Source of the DNA: the human T2T-CHM13v2.0 reference genome, Homo sapiens
DNA: 64,000 nt
Strand: one strand, 5' to 3'
Assembly (NCBI RefSeq): GCF_009914755.1
Contig: NC_060932.1
Both the position numbers and the translations under genes were made by a program. Positions 1-18,239 of the stretch are shown here, in pieces (the first letter of the stretch is position 1; every line of letters starts with the position of its first letter). Under the pieces are notes generated by a model. The model was not told the DNA's origin. It ran no database searches and worked only from the letters and a program-made list of their open reading frames with translations.

Positions 1-1377
1 GTGTGATGTAGGAATCTAATATTCTTGTATTTTTCATAAAGATCACCAATTGCCCCAGAACATTTTTTGCACAATACGATTTCCCCATACTGATCCAATT
101 CCACTTGTAAGAGCAAGGCAGGGGATGATGGTAGTGGGGCCCAGGGAAGACTAGGAGCTGAAGAGGGGCCACACTACAGGAATGATCATCTAGGGAGATG
201 TAGTTTATGGTAGAAACGTGCCAAAGTAGGAGCGTGTGGGGGAATAAATATCTTGACATCTGTCTTCTCCAGGCTTTCATTTTTTTTCTTTTTTTTTTTT
301 GCTGTTATTTCCCATTGGTTAAACCCCAAAGAAGTTAAACCCAGAGGGCAAGGGTGCCTTGATGATGTGGTCTGTAGGGACAGACCTCCCCAGGGCTCAG
401 AACAGGGCAGTGAAGGGCAGAGAAGGGATCCCAGTGAGTGCAAATGGAAGGTGGCCCACACAGATCTCCCCGGCGTGCACTGACCTCATTTAATGTGTCC
501 TTCTCCCAGAGATGCACCACCTGTTTAATTATAGTTTTACCACCTACATATGTATTGAGTATGTTTTGGAGGTCAGTTTTGAAGTATTGGGGAGCCAGCC
601 CAAATCTAGCTGTGCAAAGAAAGAGCAATAGTTCCACAGCCAGAGAATAAATGCTGAATAGAGTCTTCGGGTCACGCTGTGGCTTTAGATTTCTTGAGAA
701 TGTATAAGAGCCCCGTCTGGAGAAAGTGATCCTTGGCTACCAAGCTTCTATAGTTAAAAGTAGGAGATTAAAAAGGAGGTCAGAAGCACTGAGAGAATGA
801 GGGAGACTGGTCATCACTTGACTTCACCATGGAGTGACCTCAGTGGGCTGTTTATTGGGGAAACCCCTGATGTCAGTCTCTTTAGGTCTTTCCTCTTGGG
901 CTATCAGATTCCATGGAGGAAAGTCTTATGATCTCCTGTCTCAACCAAGTTGCATATGACACATGACCTCCCTGTTTGGAGCAGGGCACCTGTATCTTCA
1001 GCTGTGTCTGGTGGCCCCCAGTGTAGAGGTCCTTTGCCAGGATGGGAGAGGGTGGTTATATGCAGTGTGGAGTACCAGGGGGACTCTATGGATTTACTGT
1101 TTCTCAAGCAGCTTTCACCAAATCCTGCTTCATGTAGTACCCCCTTCCTTTCCAATCTGGAAGTATTTGGTACTGCCAGCGTCTTAGCCCTATAGAATTG
1201 CCACCAAGTCAACCAGGTTTGTTCCCAGTTCTTCCCACTGCAGGTTTAGGATGTGCCTGTCACAGATCTGCAGAGTCAGTTATGATTCCGCCACCTGCAT
1301 TCCAGCTTCCGTCTCTTATTGTTGTCTCCTCCTCTGTCCTTTCTGTTGTGCTTGTGCCTTTCTGTCTAAAAACAAAA

Positions 1378-1724
1378 GGCCAGGTGCCGCGGCTCACACC
1401 TGCAATCCCAGCACTTTGGGAGGCCAAGGTGGGCAGATCACCTGAGGTCAGGAGTTTGAAACCAGCCTGACCAACATGGTGAAACTCTGCCTCTACTAAA
1501 AATACAAAAAAAAAAAAAAAAAAGAAAGAAAGAAAAAAGCCAGGCATAGTGGCACAGGCCTATAATCCCAGCTACTCGGGAGGCTGAGGCAGAGAATTGC
1601 TTAAACCAGGAGGCAGAGGTTTCAGTGAGCCGAGATCACACCACTGCACTCTAGCTTGGGCAACAAAAGTGAAACTCCATCCGTCTCAAACAAACAAACA
1701 AACAAACAAACAAAAACAAAAAAC
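1378..1724 (+). mobile_element. AluS, full length, long middle A-tract, (CAAA)n tail
   Basis: GGCCAGGTGCCGCGGCTCACACCTGCAATCCCAGCACTTTGGGAGG start; both arms present. Confidence 0.95.
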
Positions 1725-1838
1725 AGATGAGGTCTCACTATATTGCCCAGGCTGGTCTTGAACTACTGGGTTCAAGGTATCATTCTGCCTCACCCTGCAG
1801 AGTAACGGGGATTACAAGTGCAAGTCACCACACCTGGG
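1725..1838 (-). mobile_element. Alu left monomer (FLAM/AluJ)
   Basis: GGTCTCACTATATTGCCCAGGCTGGTCTTGAAC...GGGATTACAAG. Confidence 0.85.
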
Positions 1839-1864
1839 CTTTCTGTCCTTTTAAGAAATCCTTT

Positions 1865-1975
1865 TGGCTGAGGAGGGAGGATGGCTTGAGCCTGGAAGGT
1901 AGACTGCAGTAAGCCATGATCATGCCTCTGCGCTCTAGCCTGGGCCAAAGAGCAAGACCCTGTCTGGAAAAAAAA
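1865..1975 (+). mobile_element. AluJ right-arm fragment
   Basis: GGCTGAGG...GGATGGCTTGAGCCTGG...CTCTAGCCTGGG plus short A tail. Confidence 0.8.
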
Positions 1976-2093
1976 TCCTTTTACTACAGTTTTATAAAGT
2001 GAAGTTTCTGGAGGGAGAGAAACTAGATGTGTGTGTTTAAACATCCTAATACAGAGTCCTTTCTTCCATTTTCTCTAAATTTATTAGCTTTGA

Positions 2094-2415
<322 letters not shown>

Positions 2416-2429
2416 TTATTAACTTATTT

Positions 2430-4200
2430 TCAATCTTTCTTGCTTTTTAAATAAGTGTATTCAGTTATCAATTTCCCACTAAACAGTCATTCCACAAATT
2501 TTGATATTTAGTATTTCCAGTATTGGCAAGTTCCAAATATCTAACCATTTCCACCATGATCCTACTTAAGTTTATGAGTTACTTAGAAGTGAATTTTTAA
2601 GTTTCCAAACATATTGTAAAACAATCTTTTTATTATTGATTTCTGGTCAACACATGGTTAGGGAATGTGGTCTGTATGGCATGGATTCTTTGAAATGTAT
2701 TGAGATGTCTTCAATCTCCTAAGGACCTGCATCAGTTTTTATATATGTTCTATGTGTGTCTGAAAAGGATGTAGAGTCTGCATTTGTTGGTGAAAAATTC
2801 TATATTTGTCTATCAGATGGGACTTGATTTTATTGTTCTAATCTTCTGCCGTTACTAATTTTTTTAATTGGCACAATCAGTTTCTTCTCTGTGATTATTT
2901 TTGATTTTGTTTTGTATATTTGAGATTTTGTTGTTACATACATACATATTTATTACTGGTAGATTTTCTTTTTTCCTTCAACTTTTAAGTGCCGGGTGTA
3001 CAGGTGTGGGATGTGCAGGTTTGTTACATAGGTAAACATGTGCCATGGTGGTTTCCTGCACAGATCATCCCATCACCTAGGTATTAAGCCCAGCATCCGT
3101 TAGCTATTATTCCTGTTACTCTTTCTCCTCCCACCACCCCTCCAATAACAGGCCCCAGTGTGTGTTGTTCCCCTTCCATGTGTCCATGTGTTCTCATCGT
3201 TCAGCTCCCACTTATAAGTGAGAACATGCAGTGTTTGGTTTTCTGTTCCTGCATTAGTTTACTGAGGATAATGGCTTCCAGCTCCATCCGTGTCCCTGTA
3301 AAGGACATGGTCTCAATCCTTTTTATGGCTGAATAGTATTCCATGGGTATATGTACCACATTTTCTTTATCCTATGACTGGTAATTTTTTTCCATTAAGC
3401 TTTATATAATGTCATTCTTTGTCCCTGTTGATGCTTTTCCTTTACTTTTAATTTTGTCTGATTTAAATGTCACTCCCAGAACTCTGTTTCTTTCTACTAG
3501 GTTTCTCATAGAATATATTTTCCACTCATTTATTTCTAATCTCAGTCTCGCTCTGCATGGGTATGTGTGCTTTACATGTCTTTTGTAAGCAGCATAGAGC
3601 TGCATTTTAACAAAACTTAAATTTTATTTATTTTTGAAATATGTGATTCCTCATATATTGTCAAATTCTAAGTATACTAAAGAGTAAACAGTGAACGATC
3701 TCTCTCTCATCTCTTTTTCCCATCTCCCCAGTCTTTCTCTCCAGAGGTAGCCAATATTAACAGTTTCTTGCTGCAAATAATCATTGTGAATATAAGTAAA
3801 TATATTCTGTATATTCATTCCTTTTATGGTGGCAGTATAGGCACTGCTAAGTACTTTGTTTTTTCATTTATTAGCAATTTAACTGTGAATAAAGAGCTTC
3901 CTCATTCTTTTCAATGACTGCATATTAGTTTATGAATGTTTCCTTATCTATTTAACCTACCTCCCATCAGAGGACTTTTAGGTGGTTGCCAGTGTTTTAC
4001 TTTTACAAACAATGCTGTAACGAATAATCTTAAACAAACATTATTTAAACATGTGCAAGTATATCTATAGGAGAAATTTCTACAAATGGAATTGCTGAGA
4101 CAAATGACTTCCGCTTTTGTAATTCTAATAGATATATAGAGATTGCCTAATTTTCTGGCATCGAGTCTTGCCAGTTTACTCTCTCACCAGCAAAGGCTGT
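2430..4200 (-). mobile_element. Old L1M fragments, interrupted by a younger L1PA
   Basis: T-rich degenerate sequence resembling antisense L1 ORF2/3' UTR; limits approximate. Confidence 0.55.
2962..3372 (-). mobile_element. 5'-truncated L1PA 3' end (L1PA8-11-like)
   Basis: GTGCAGGTTTGTTACATAGGTAAAC...CTCCCACTTATAAGTGAGAACATGCAG; TSD TAT(T/G)ACTGGTA at 2951 and 3373. Confidence 0.9.
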
Positions 4201-4244
4201 CCTAATTCATACTCCTACTTGCTGGTTTTCCCACTTCCTTGCCA

Positions 4245-6510
<2,266 letters not shown>

Positions 6511-7196
6511 TGGAAAAGAGCTGGGAATGGGCTTGACAGCAAAATGGGCAAATGCCCGGCAAGCTCACCAATATGGCATGTCATTCAATCCTTTGATCTT
6601 GGCTAATCTGGTGGATGAAACATGTCACCTCAACGTGTTTTCATTTCTTTTGAACGTCATTTTATGTACTTAAGAGCCACTTGGATTTCCTTTTTTGTAA
6701 ACTATTGATCTTTTTTTTTGCCTGTTATTCTTTGGAATGTTGGTACTTCTTTATGTTTTAGTAAAAGGAGCCTCTATCTATCCTTTGTCAGATAATAAGA
6801 CTATTTTTCTAAGTAATTCTTTATCTACTTCTTAAGCGGTACAGAAGTGTTTTATCAAGAAAAAAATATGTGCATAGTTTTATTGAAGGTCTTGTATTGT
6901 GTGGTTTATAACTTTTCGTGGCTAGATAATGTATAGGAGAAGAAGTTATAAATGTAGTTAGGCTCTTGATGATGGGAAGCCTCATATTATAGGCCAAGAA
7001 CTTTGGGTTTTACCCCAAAAGCAATTGTAAACCACTTTAAGAAAAGTGTGACATAATCAGATTTGCTTTTAATACTATACCAGTGATTGTTTGGGGTATT
7101 GCAAATATATATTTTTACCCCAGATTTGAAATGCCACTTTGTCCTATACTAAATACATTTACATCTATTTCTGGAATTTTAGGCCTGTTACCTTGA

Positions 7197-7536
<340 letters not shown>

Positions 7537-7655
7537 TGACATTATTTTGTTTACTGTGGCTTTATGTTTTAATATTTAGTAGAAATTTTTTCTCCATTGT
7601 CCATTTTCAAAATGGATTCCTGGATAAACTGGCTTAATAGTTTTCCTATATTAAC

Positions 7656-8089
7656 AGTCTTAGTCCATTTGTGTTGCTCTAAAGGAATATCCTAGGCTTG
7701 ACAATTTATAAAGAAAAGAGGTTTATTTGGCTCACGGTTCTGCAGGCTGTACAAGAAGCATGGCGCCAGGATCTATGTCTGATGAGGGCCTCAGGTTGCT
7801 TCCATTCATGGCAGAGGGTGAAGAGTAGCTAGTGTGCAAAGATCACAAGATCAGAGAGGAAGCAAGAGAATGGAAGGAAGAGTTGCCAGGCTCTGTTCAA
7901 CCACCATGTTTAGTTTTCATGGAAACTAAGGGTGAGAATTCACTTGCTCCCTCCAGCGAGAATGGAACCAAGCCATTCATGAAGAATCTACCCCCACAAT
8001 CCAAATACCTCCCACCAGACCCCACCTGCAACATTGTGAATTAAATTTCAACTTGGAGGGCCCAAAGAAAACAACTTCAAACCATTGCA
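7656..8089 (-). mobile_element. MST (MSTB-like) MaLR solo LTR
   Basis: TCTTAGTCCATTTGTGTTGC...AAAGAAAAGAGGTTTATTTGGCTCACGGTTCTGCAGGCTG...CAAACCATTGCA. Confidence 0.85.
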
Positions 8090-9289
8090 TTCACTTCACA
8101 GTTCTCTAGTCCAGATGTGCTTTCCTCCTTAAAAAAAAAATTCTGCTGTTCTTTGCATTGGGATCCCAATCCCAAGCACTGCTGTCTTCAGGGGCCAGCA
8201 TGATGTATCCTCAGCTCCTCCTCCACCTCCTCTCCTAACACTGCCCTGAATTTTCTCTGCCTTCCCCACTCTGGCCCCCTTGCTATTGCTCAAACATGCC
8301 ATGGCCTCCCATCTGCTACTGTCTTCATCTCTGTTCAGCAAGATTGAGTGGCCTCAACTTAGGACCAGGACCCCATCTATAGTCATTTGGGTGGGACTTT
8401 TCTCTACACCCTGGGATTTGGGGATGTGGCAGGTCCAATGTCCCGGTCAGCAGGTGGCGGACACAGGTCCTGGAACTGAGGCTGAATCTTTCCCTCTGTT
8501 TTCCCTAAAACAGTCCCAGGCATTGGGCAGGTGCCATTTTTTTCAGCTGCCTCTTGAGTGGCGTCAGGCCTGATTCCCTCTCAGCCTCAAGCAGGAACAG
8601 GTTGAGTCCCTGTTATTCAAGCAGCTGACCTCTCAGCAGCCTGATTCTGGCCCCAGAACCCTGCAGGCTGAAGGCTTCAGTTCCACACACTGCTTTGGTT
8701 TGGATCTGCATCTGGCTTTTGGAGATCTTTAGCTTGTTTCTGAGACCACCTGTGTCTTAGTGGGTTCCTCTTCTGATATTCTATCTCTCATTTTTATGTG
8801 TTCAGTACAGAGTGGGTGTGAGGAAGCATGAACTTCTGTGCACCATTGTGACTAGACCACTCATTTATCTTAGCAGACACTCTGAGGTCTGTCTCTCACG
8901 AGCTCCTGCTAAAATAACACATTAACCAGCCTGTACTTGTGTGGCGGTTTGGGGGTGCAAATGCTGGACCTTGCAACAATTCCTTCTAACAGCAGCCCTG
9001 TTGGAGGAAAGGCAGGTGGGTGTGACTGCAAATCTGTGGTCTCCAACCACAGCAGGGCCTCTGCAGTTCTGCACAGAAGCTCAGCTGGCTTCCTCTTGTC
9101 AGCCTCAGCACTTGATCTGGCCCCTCCATCACAGCAAATATGAATAACAGTGCTGACATTGTTCTTATCAGTACGAATGGGGCCGTCAAGTTAAACACCA
9201 GCAAGTCCTCTCACTCTTCAACTGTGCTTATCCTTCCCTCCAGGAATTCGTTTTTGTCTCCAGGAATTCTCTGCCTAGAGAACAACACA

Positions 9290-10388
<1,099 letters not shown>

Positions 10389-10926
10389 ATGCCTCTCCTT
10401 TTTATCTAAGCCTTGTTGCCCAAACTGCCCTAATTCTTATCCTTTCAGGTTTCCTGTTTCATCAATTTCCCCTTCATTTACATATAAAATCTATATTTTA
10501 CTCTGGTCTCTTTTATTTCAGCATATTATTATGGTTAAGTGTCTCTCATTTTCCAAACAGTAAATATATAAGGAGTCTCCCCCTGCCTGGCACACCTTCT
10601 AGAGTCTACCTTCCTTGCCCCTCATCACAAAACAAATTTCTCAGAGCAGTCTTTGCTCTTGCCACCCCCTTGCCACCCTTCTCTTCTGCAACCCATGGCC
10701 ATCAGACCTCGGCCCCATCGCTCCACTGAAACCATGCAGTGAAGGTCAGTCACGAGCTTTTAATTGCCAAACCCAATGGGAAAATTGGTTTGGGTTGCTT
10801 GGTTTTTGTTCCTTAGCTTTTCTGCAACATTTACCACTTCTTCCCTTTGGAAACCCCACACTTCTTTGGCTTCTATGCCGTTGTCTCCTGTTCTCAGGAC
10901 ATGTCTCTGAGTTCTGTTTTGCCTCC

Positions 10927-11503
10927 TATAATAGTCAGGGTTCTCCAGAGAGACAATCAATAGGATATATTAGAGGGAATTTATGAGGGAATTGGCTTAA
11001 ATTATCACAGAGATGGAGGAGTCCCATGCTAGGCCATCTGCAAGCTGGAGAACCAGAGAAGCTAGTAGTGTGGCTCAGTCCAAATTCAAAGCCTCAGAAC
11101 CAGGGAGGTGGACCATGTAGCCCCCAGTCCAAGGCCAAAGACCCAAGAAGCCCTGGGAGGCTGGTGGAACAAGCCTCATAGTCTGACAGCTATAGAACCT
11201 GAAGTCCAATGTCCAAGGGCAGGAGGAGAAAAGCATCTTGCTCTGGAGGGGAAAGGGGAGAGAGAGTGAGAGAGAGGGATGGAAAGAATAAATCATCCCC
11301 TTCTTTCTCCTGTTTGTCCCAACTAGGCCCCCAGCAGATTGGACGGCACCCACCCACACTGAGGGCTAGCCTTCCTCTCTCTGTTCACTGACCCACATGC
11401 CAGTCTTATCTGGAAATATCCTCACAGACACCCAGAAACGATGCTTCTCCAGCCATCTAGGCATCCCTCAATCCAGTCAAGTTGACACCTGGAATTGACC
11501 CTC
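10927..11503 (-). mobile_element. MLT2B-type ERVL solo LTR
   Basis: TAGTCAGGGTTCTCCAGAGAGACA...CCCTCAATCCAGTCAAGTTGACACC. Confidence 0.85.
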
Positions 11504-11624
11504 CCACCTCCTTCCCACTGGCCTGCCTCCTCCACTCCTGGCTCTTCTCTCCTCCTGCGTCTTTCTCTCTGGCTTTCTCATGTGTACAAGCCTGCCTTTC
11601 CATTTGCCTGTGGATAATAACATC

Positions 11625-12055
11625 TGTACTGGATGGAATAGTGTTTCTCAAAATTCATGCCCACCCAGAACCCTGAATGTGACATTTGGAAACAGGGTCT
11701 TTGCAGATATAATTAGTTAATATGACGTCATCTGGATTCGGGTGGGCTCTACATCCAGAGACTTGTAAGAAAACCTGTTCTTCTTACAAGAAGAAGAGAG
11801 GAGGATGGCATATAAAGAAAGCGGCAGAGATTGGAGTAATCTCTCTACCAACAAAGGAACACCAAGAATGGCCACAACCTTAGAAAGGAGAGAGGCATGG
11901 CATGGCTCTTTCTCAGGGGTCCACAAGAAGGAACCAACCCTGCTGATGCTTTGATTTTGAACTTCTAGACTCCAAAACTGTGAGAGAATAAATGTTCTGT
12001 TTTAAGCTACCCAGTTTGTGGTAATTTATCATGGTAGCTCCAGGACATAAATCCA
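11625..12055 (+). mobile_element. MLT1 (B/C-like) MaLR LTR
   Basis: TTTGGAAACAGGGTCTTTGCAGAT...CTGTGAGAGAATAAAT...TTTAAGCTACCCAGTTTGTGG. Confidence 0.85.
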
Positions 12056-12443
12056 ATGCTCTTACCCAAATCTCTGGCCCTGACAGCTCTCCTCTAGAGC
12101 TGGCTGCTCACTGGGCACCTGAGAGACAGTGCCCAGGCCCATACAACACGTCCATTCAAGTGAGCCTGCCTGGGTCCTCCCCTAAACCTGCACAGCCTCC
12201 TGTATTCGCCATCTTGAGTAATACCCTCCGCCACCCCAGCCATCTGAGTCAGAGACTGCTGAGTCATTTTGCACTCCCTCTCCTTCATTCCTTGTATCCA
12301 GTGAATCATGACATTGGGTCAATTCTACCTTCATAACATCTCTGGCAGCCTTCACTTCTTCCATCCTCGTGTCTCTAGCTTGAATTCAAACCTAGACTGT
12401 GGTTTGCTCACTCTCCATCCTTTCTCCTCATTCAAATGCAGGA

Positions 12444-12599
12444 GGTGTAAGAGGTAGGGCTGGAGGCCTGACCACCAGTTAGGAGAGCAATTATAGGCAT
12501 AGGAGGCAGGGCTGGAGGCCTGGCCACCAGTTAGGGGAGTGATCATGGGCGTAGGAGGCAGGCCTGGAGCCCTGACCACGGGTTAGGAGGGTGACCATG
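12444..12599 (+). repeat. 52-bp minisatellite, 3 diverged copies
   Basis: Units start at 12444, 12496 and 12548; shared core like GGAGGCAGGGCTGGAGGCCTGACCACCAGTTAGG. Confidence 0.85.
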
Positions 12600-12914
12600 A
12601 GCAAGAGATGATCAGGCAGAAGGCTGTGATGGGGAAAGGAGCACATGGACAGGCATTAAGGTAGGTGAACTGACCATATTTAGAATCTCAGTTATCAGTC
12701 CATCAGTGAACATCTGGAGACTTTGGACTTTTCACCGGTTATACATCCTTCTATTGCAATATAATAGCATCCAGCCCAAGACAGGACAAAGTTTCTCGTG
12801 ATCAATTTACAGACAAGATAATGTCCTATTACTTGATAGCTAATGAATTTTCCTCATCTGATCAGTCTAGTAGTAAGCCAACTTCCAATGGGACCTGGGG
12901 AGACCATGAAAGAA

Positions 12915-13120
12915 GTAATGGTTAGGAAAGAGCATGGACTTTAGGGTCCAAGTTGCTGAATTTCATGTCCTGTTCTTTTACTTACTGTCTGTGCAGTCTT
13001 GAACAAGATACTCTTTCCAAGATTTCACTTCTCTTAATCTGTAAATTGAGCATAATGATACCCATGAATTTACCAGAGAAGCTTATAGGAATAAAATAAA
13101 GCAATATAAGTGATAGCATT
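12915..13120 (+). mobile_element. MIR
   Basis: GGTTAGGAAAGAGCATGGACTTTAG...TTCTCTTAATCTGTAAATTGAGCATAATGATAC. Confidence 0.7.
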
Positions 13121-13621
13121 TTGAGATATAACAGGGTGGTTAATGCAAATAGAAGTTTATTCATGAGGGACCGTTGTCTGTGTATAAAGATTGGGAAATG
13201 TAATAAGGTTTTCTATCTTCATTTGAAATTGAATTTACTTCACCAGCTTCAGGCAAAGAAGCTGGAAAATGGTGTGTCTTTTCCCAGGAAAGAAGGGCCT
13301 ACCTCAGTGTGTCTCCCACATGGGAGGAGTGAACCAATATGGCGTCCTGGCCCTCCTTACCCATCTGTGAGGTGCACTGAGGAAGAAAAAGAGAGGGTAG
13401 AGCCTGTTTCTTGCTTCTGAGGCAGAATAGCTTGTTTCACTGATAACACAGTTGAAAGAAGGTCAGGGTTGCACCAATGGGAAGGGGTCTGTGAAAGCCG
13501 ATCTACTTCATGTGGGCTCTCTGAGCAGAGGCAGGAGGTCAGGAGAGCAAATGTAAGAGCCACTTATCTCTTCTCCAGCCTTGTGGCTCCTCCTACAATG
13601 GAGCTGTGGTTTTATTTGCTG

Positions 13622-14063
13622 GCTGGTATGAGTTGAATTGTGTCCTCTTGAAAGATATGTTGAAGTCCTAACCCCTGGTACCCGTGAATGGACTTTATTT
13701 GGAAATAGGATTTTTGCAGATATGATCAAGTCATGGTGAGGTCATGTTGTATTAAGGTGGGTCTTAATCTTTGACTGGTATCCTTGTAAGAAGAGGAAAA
13801 TTTGGGTATAGACACAGGGAGAATGCTATCTGACCACGGAGGCAGACATTGGAATTAAGATGCCACAAGGCAAGGAATGCTAAGGTTGCTGGCCAACACC
13901 GGAAACTATGAGAGGATCAAGGAAGAGACTTTTCTGGAGCCTTAAGGGAGAGCATCACTCTGCTAACATCTTGATTTTGGACTTCTAGCCTCTAGAGCTA
14001 TGAGAGAATAAATTTCTCTTGCTTTGTGGTATTTTGTTTCAGCAGCCCTAGGAAATTAAAACA
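13622..14063 (+). mobile_element. MLT1 (B/C-like) LTR
   Basis: GAGTTGAATTGTGTCC...GAAGTCCTAACCCCTGGTACC...GCAGCCCTAGGAAA. Confidence 0.85.
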
Positions 14064-14212
14064 TAGGTTCTCTCCATGCATTGGGTGGACTTCACCAAAG
14101 GCAGGAGGCTGTACTCATGTGGGGCAACTCAACGCTCCCTTATAGACCCTCACTCATTTTGCTCAGTCTTGAGTTCTTTCTCAATATTCCAATTTTTGAT
14201 CAAAGTTCTTTT

Positions 14213-14383
14213 TTACAATTTTTATTTAATTTTAATTTTGTTTTAATTTTTAAAAAATGTTTTAAATAGAGACACGATCTCGTTATGTTGGCCAGGCTGG
14301 TCTTGAACTCCTGAGCTCAAGAGATCCTCCCACTTAGGCCTCCCGAAGTACTGGGATTACAAGCATGAGTCACTGCGCCCAGC
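14213..14383 (-). mobile_element. FLAM_C/AluJ left monomer
   Basis: Single Alu arm with T-rich tail; TSD-like CAAAG(T/C)TCTTTT. Confidence 0.85.
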
Positions 14384-14763
14384 ACCAAAGCTCTTTTTAT
14401 TTGACCGAGATAGTAGCTGTGGTGTTGAAGCAAAAAAGGTAGGACTTGAATGTTGATTTGTCAATTATTGCTGTGTGTCCTCAAGAGAGTGCAATTTCTT
14501 TTGCTGACTCCATTTCTCCATTGTTTAGTTGGGGATGTTAGTTTCTGCCTTCCTGGGCTTGGAATTCAATGAACCCATGGGAAAGGTTTTTGGCGTGGAG
14601 TCAAGCCCATCAATGTTGCTTCCCTCAGAAGGCAGAAGCATGGGAGCAGTGGTTGGAACTCTGCTTTATCCTTGTCATTCATTAATGTGTCACCAACAGG
14701 CTCAACTCCAGTTGATCCCTGTTGTCACTGACACATCTTTAGAAAAACCCTTTCAGCTTCTGA

Positions 14764-15180
<417 letters not shown>

Positions 15181-15727
15181 CAATTGTTACATTTTCTTAA
15201 GAATTCTGAGGCTGTCAGAGCGCTGCTCCCTGCCTGTGGCACCACACTGGTTTTTAGATGCTTGCTGGTCTTCTTTGGACTTTCCAAACCTGGGTAAGTT
15301 CTGTTTTCTCCCAGAGTTGAATGACAACAAAACAAAGATGACACCAAGGGCACTTGGTGTAGCCAGCAGTGTTCTGAGAGCTTTACAGATATTAACTCAT
15401 TTAATAGTTAGTCTTCTGTACCTCTTTTATCGCCTTCTTTCATGTTAAACAAATATATTTTCGTGTGACACTTTTAGTTCCTTTCTTGATTTTTTTTTAG
15501 TGTTTTGTTTTGATTTTTAGCTATTTTTTCATTGGTTGCTCTAGGAATTACTAGATACATCTGAACTCAGCAAAATCTGGTTCAGGTTAATACCGATTTA
15601 ATTCAGGTAAAATATTAGAACTTTGCTCTAATATATTCTCCTTCACACTTTTCCTTGTGCTATCATTGCCATGTATTATCCATCTGTAGAGGACATAAAC
15701 CCAGCAGTAGAGTGTTATAATGATTGT

Positions 15728-15911
15728 TCTTTTGTTTCTGTTTTTGTTTTATTTTTTGAGATGGGGTCCCACTCTGTTGCCCAGGCTGAAGTGCAGTGGC
15801 ACAATCATGATCACAGCTCACTGCAGCCTTCACCTCTCTGGGCTCAAGCGATCCTCTCACCTCAGCCTCCCGAGTAACTTGGGCTACAGGTGCACGTTCC
15901 CGTGCTCAGCC
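15728..15911 (-). mobile_element. AluJ right monomer (FRAM-like)
   Basis: CACAGCTCACTGCAGCC...GGGCTCAAGCGATCCTCTCACCTCAGCC. Confidence 0.85.
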
Positions 15912-16711
15912 TATAATGCTTGGAACAGTGCTGGCTATGCAAGTGCCCTTGGTGTCGCCTTTGTTTTGTCGTTGTTCAACTCTGGGAGAAAACAGCTTAC
16001 CTAGGAAGCTCTAAGGGTGGCTAGTCTAAAGAAGACCAGCAAGCATCTGCACCTAAAAGCCAGTGTGGTGCCACCGCAAGGAGCACACTCAGCGTCTTGC
16101 TAGCTGAGCCTGAGGTGGAGGAGAGACAGCATCTCCTCTGTCCTGTTCTTCCTGCCCTGTGAGTCCCCAGCAGCCCTGGCAAGATGTGTCTCATGTTAGA
16201 GTCATTCTGATCTTTTGAAGGGGTGGCAATATGTTTCTCTGCTAGGGAAGGAATTTCTTGTTTGTACGCAACAGCAACAACTTAACATAAAGAGAATTAA
16301 GCTCTGTGGTCAGACTCTTAGGATTTGTTTCTTCTGTCCATCGATCATGTATTCTGTGTCTTCATTTTGTCTCATTGTAATCATGTATTCACCGTGTGCC
16401 AGGCACTGTACCAGCATCTGGGGGTCAGAGACAAATCAGACTAATGCCTGCTCTCAGGGGCTCACAGGCTTGGGGTTGGGGTATGCTAGGTTTTCCTTCA
16501 GGCCCTGTCACTCAGTGACTCTAAACCCTTTTTTCCTTATGCTCTGGATAAGATCTGATAGTCTTCAGACAGTACTCACAGGGTTACTACTAGTCAGGTA
16601 GAACTGAGATGTTACAAGGTGGTTAATGCAAGTAGAAGTTTATTCATGTTTATTCAAGTTTATTCAGCTCCTAAGATGAAAAATGTTTGCTCTCCTTGTT
16701 CAATAGCTCCA

Positions 16712-17300
16712 TTTATTTGTTTATTTCTTAATTATTTGTTTAGAGACAGAGTCTTGCTCTGTCACCTAGGCTGGAGTGCAGCGGCACGATCAAAGGTCAC
16801 CGCAACTTCAAACTCCTGGGCTCAACTGATCCTCCTGCCACCACTCCTGTCTAACTTTTTTTTCTTTTTTTTTGGAGACAGGGTCTCACTCTGTCACCCA
16901 GACTAGAGTACAGTGGTGCGATCTCGGCTCACTGCAACCTCCGCCTCCCAGGTTCAAGTGATACTCCCACCCCAGCCTCCTGAGTAGCTGGGATTACAGG
17001 CATGCGCCACCACGTGCCTGTAATTGTATTTTTTTGGTAGAGAAGGGGTTTCACCATCATGGCTAGGCTGATCTCGAACTCCTGACCTCAAGTGATCCGT
17101 CCCCCTTGGCCTCCCAAAGTGCTGAGATTACAGGCATGAGCCACTGGGCCTGGCCTCCTGTCTAAGTTTTCTAAAAAAATTTCGTAGAGAGGAGGTCTTG
17201 CTAATTTGCCCAGGCTGGTCTTGAACTCCTTGGCTCAAGCGATCTTCCTGCCTTGGCTCCCAAAACGCTGGGATTACAGGCATAAGCCAATGCACCCAGC
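16712..17300 (-). mobile_element. AluJ containing a nested AluS (16855-17155)
   Basis: Inner Alu flanked by TSD TCCTGTCTAA; outer arms on either side. Confidence 0.9.
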
Positions 17301-17537
17301 TCCCTCCCCGTATTTAAATTGGAGCAACTGAGGCTCTTGCTAAAGAGGCAGATGTTACTATACTAGCCACCTTTGCATCCTGAGCAGTGTGTAAGATGAG
17401 GGCTGGCAATGCCACAGCACTCTGCATTAGTTAGATTCCTATGAGAAGATTACATGAGAGGCGTTCCGTGTCAGGCCGTGACTGGGCTCACAAGACAACA
17501 ATGGGTGTAAATGGTCCGGAAACAGCAAGCAGTCTCA

Positions 17538-18239
<702 letters not shown>

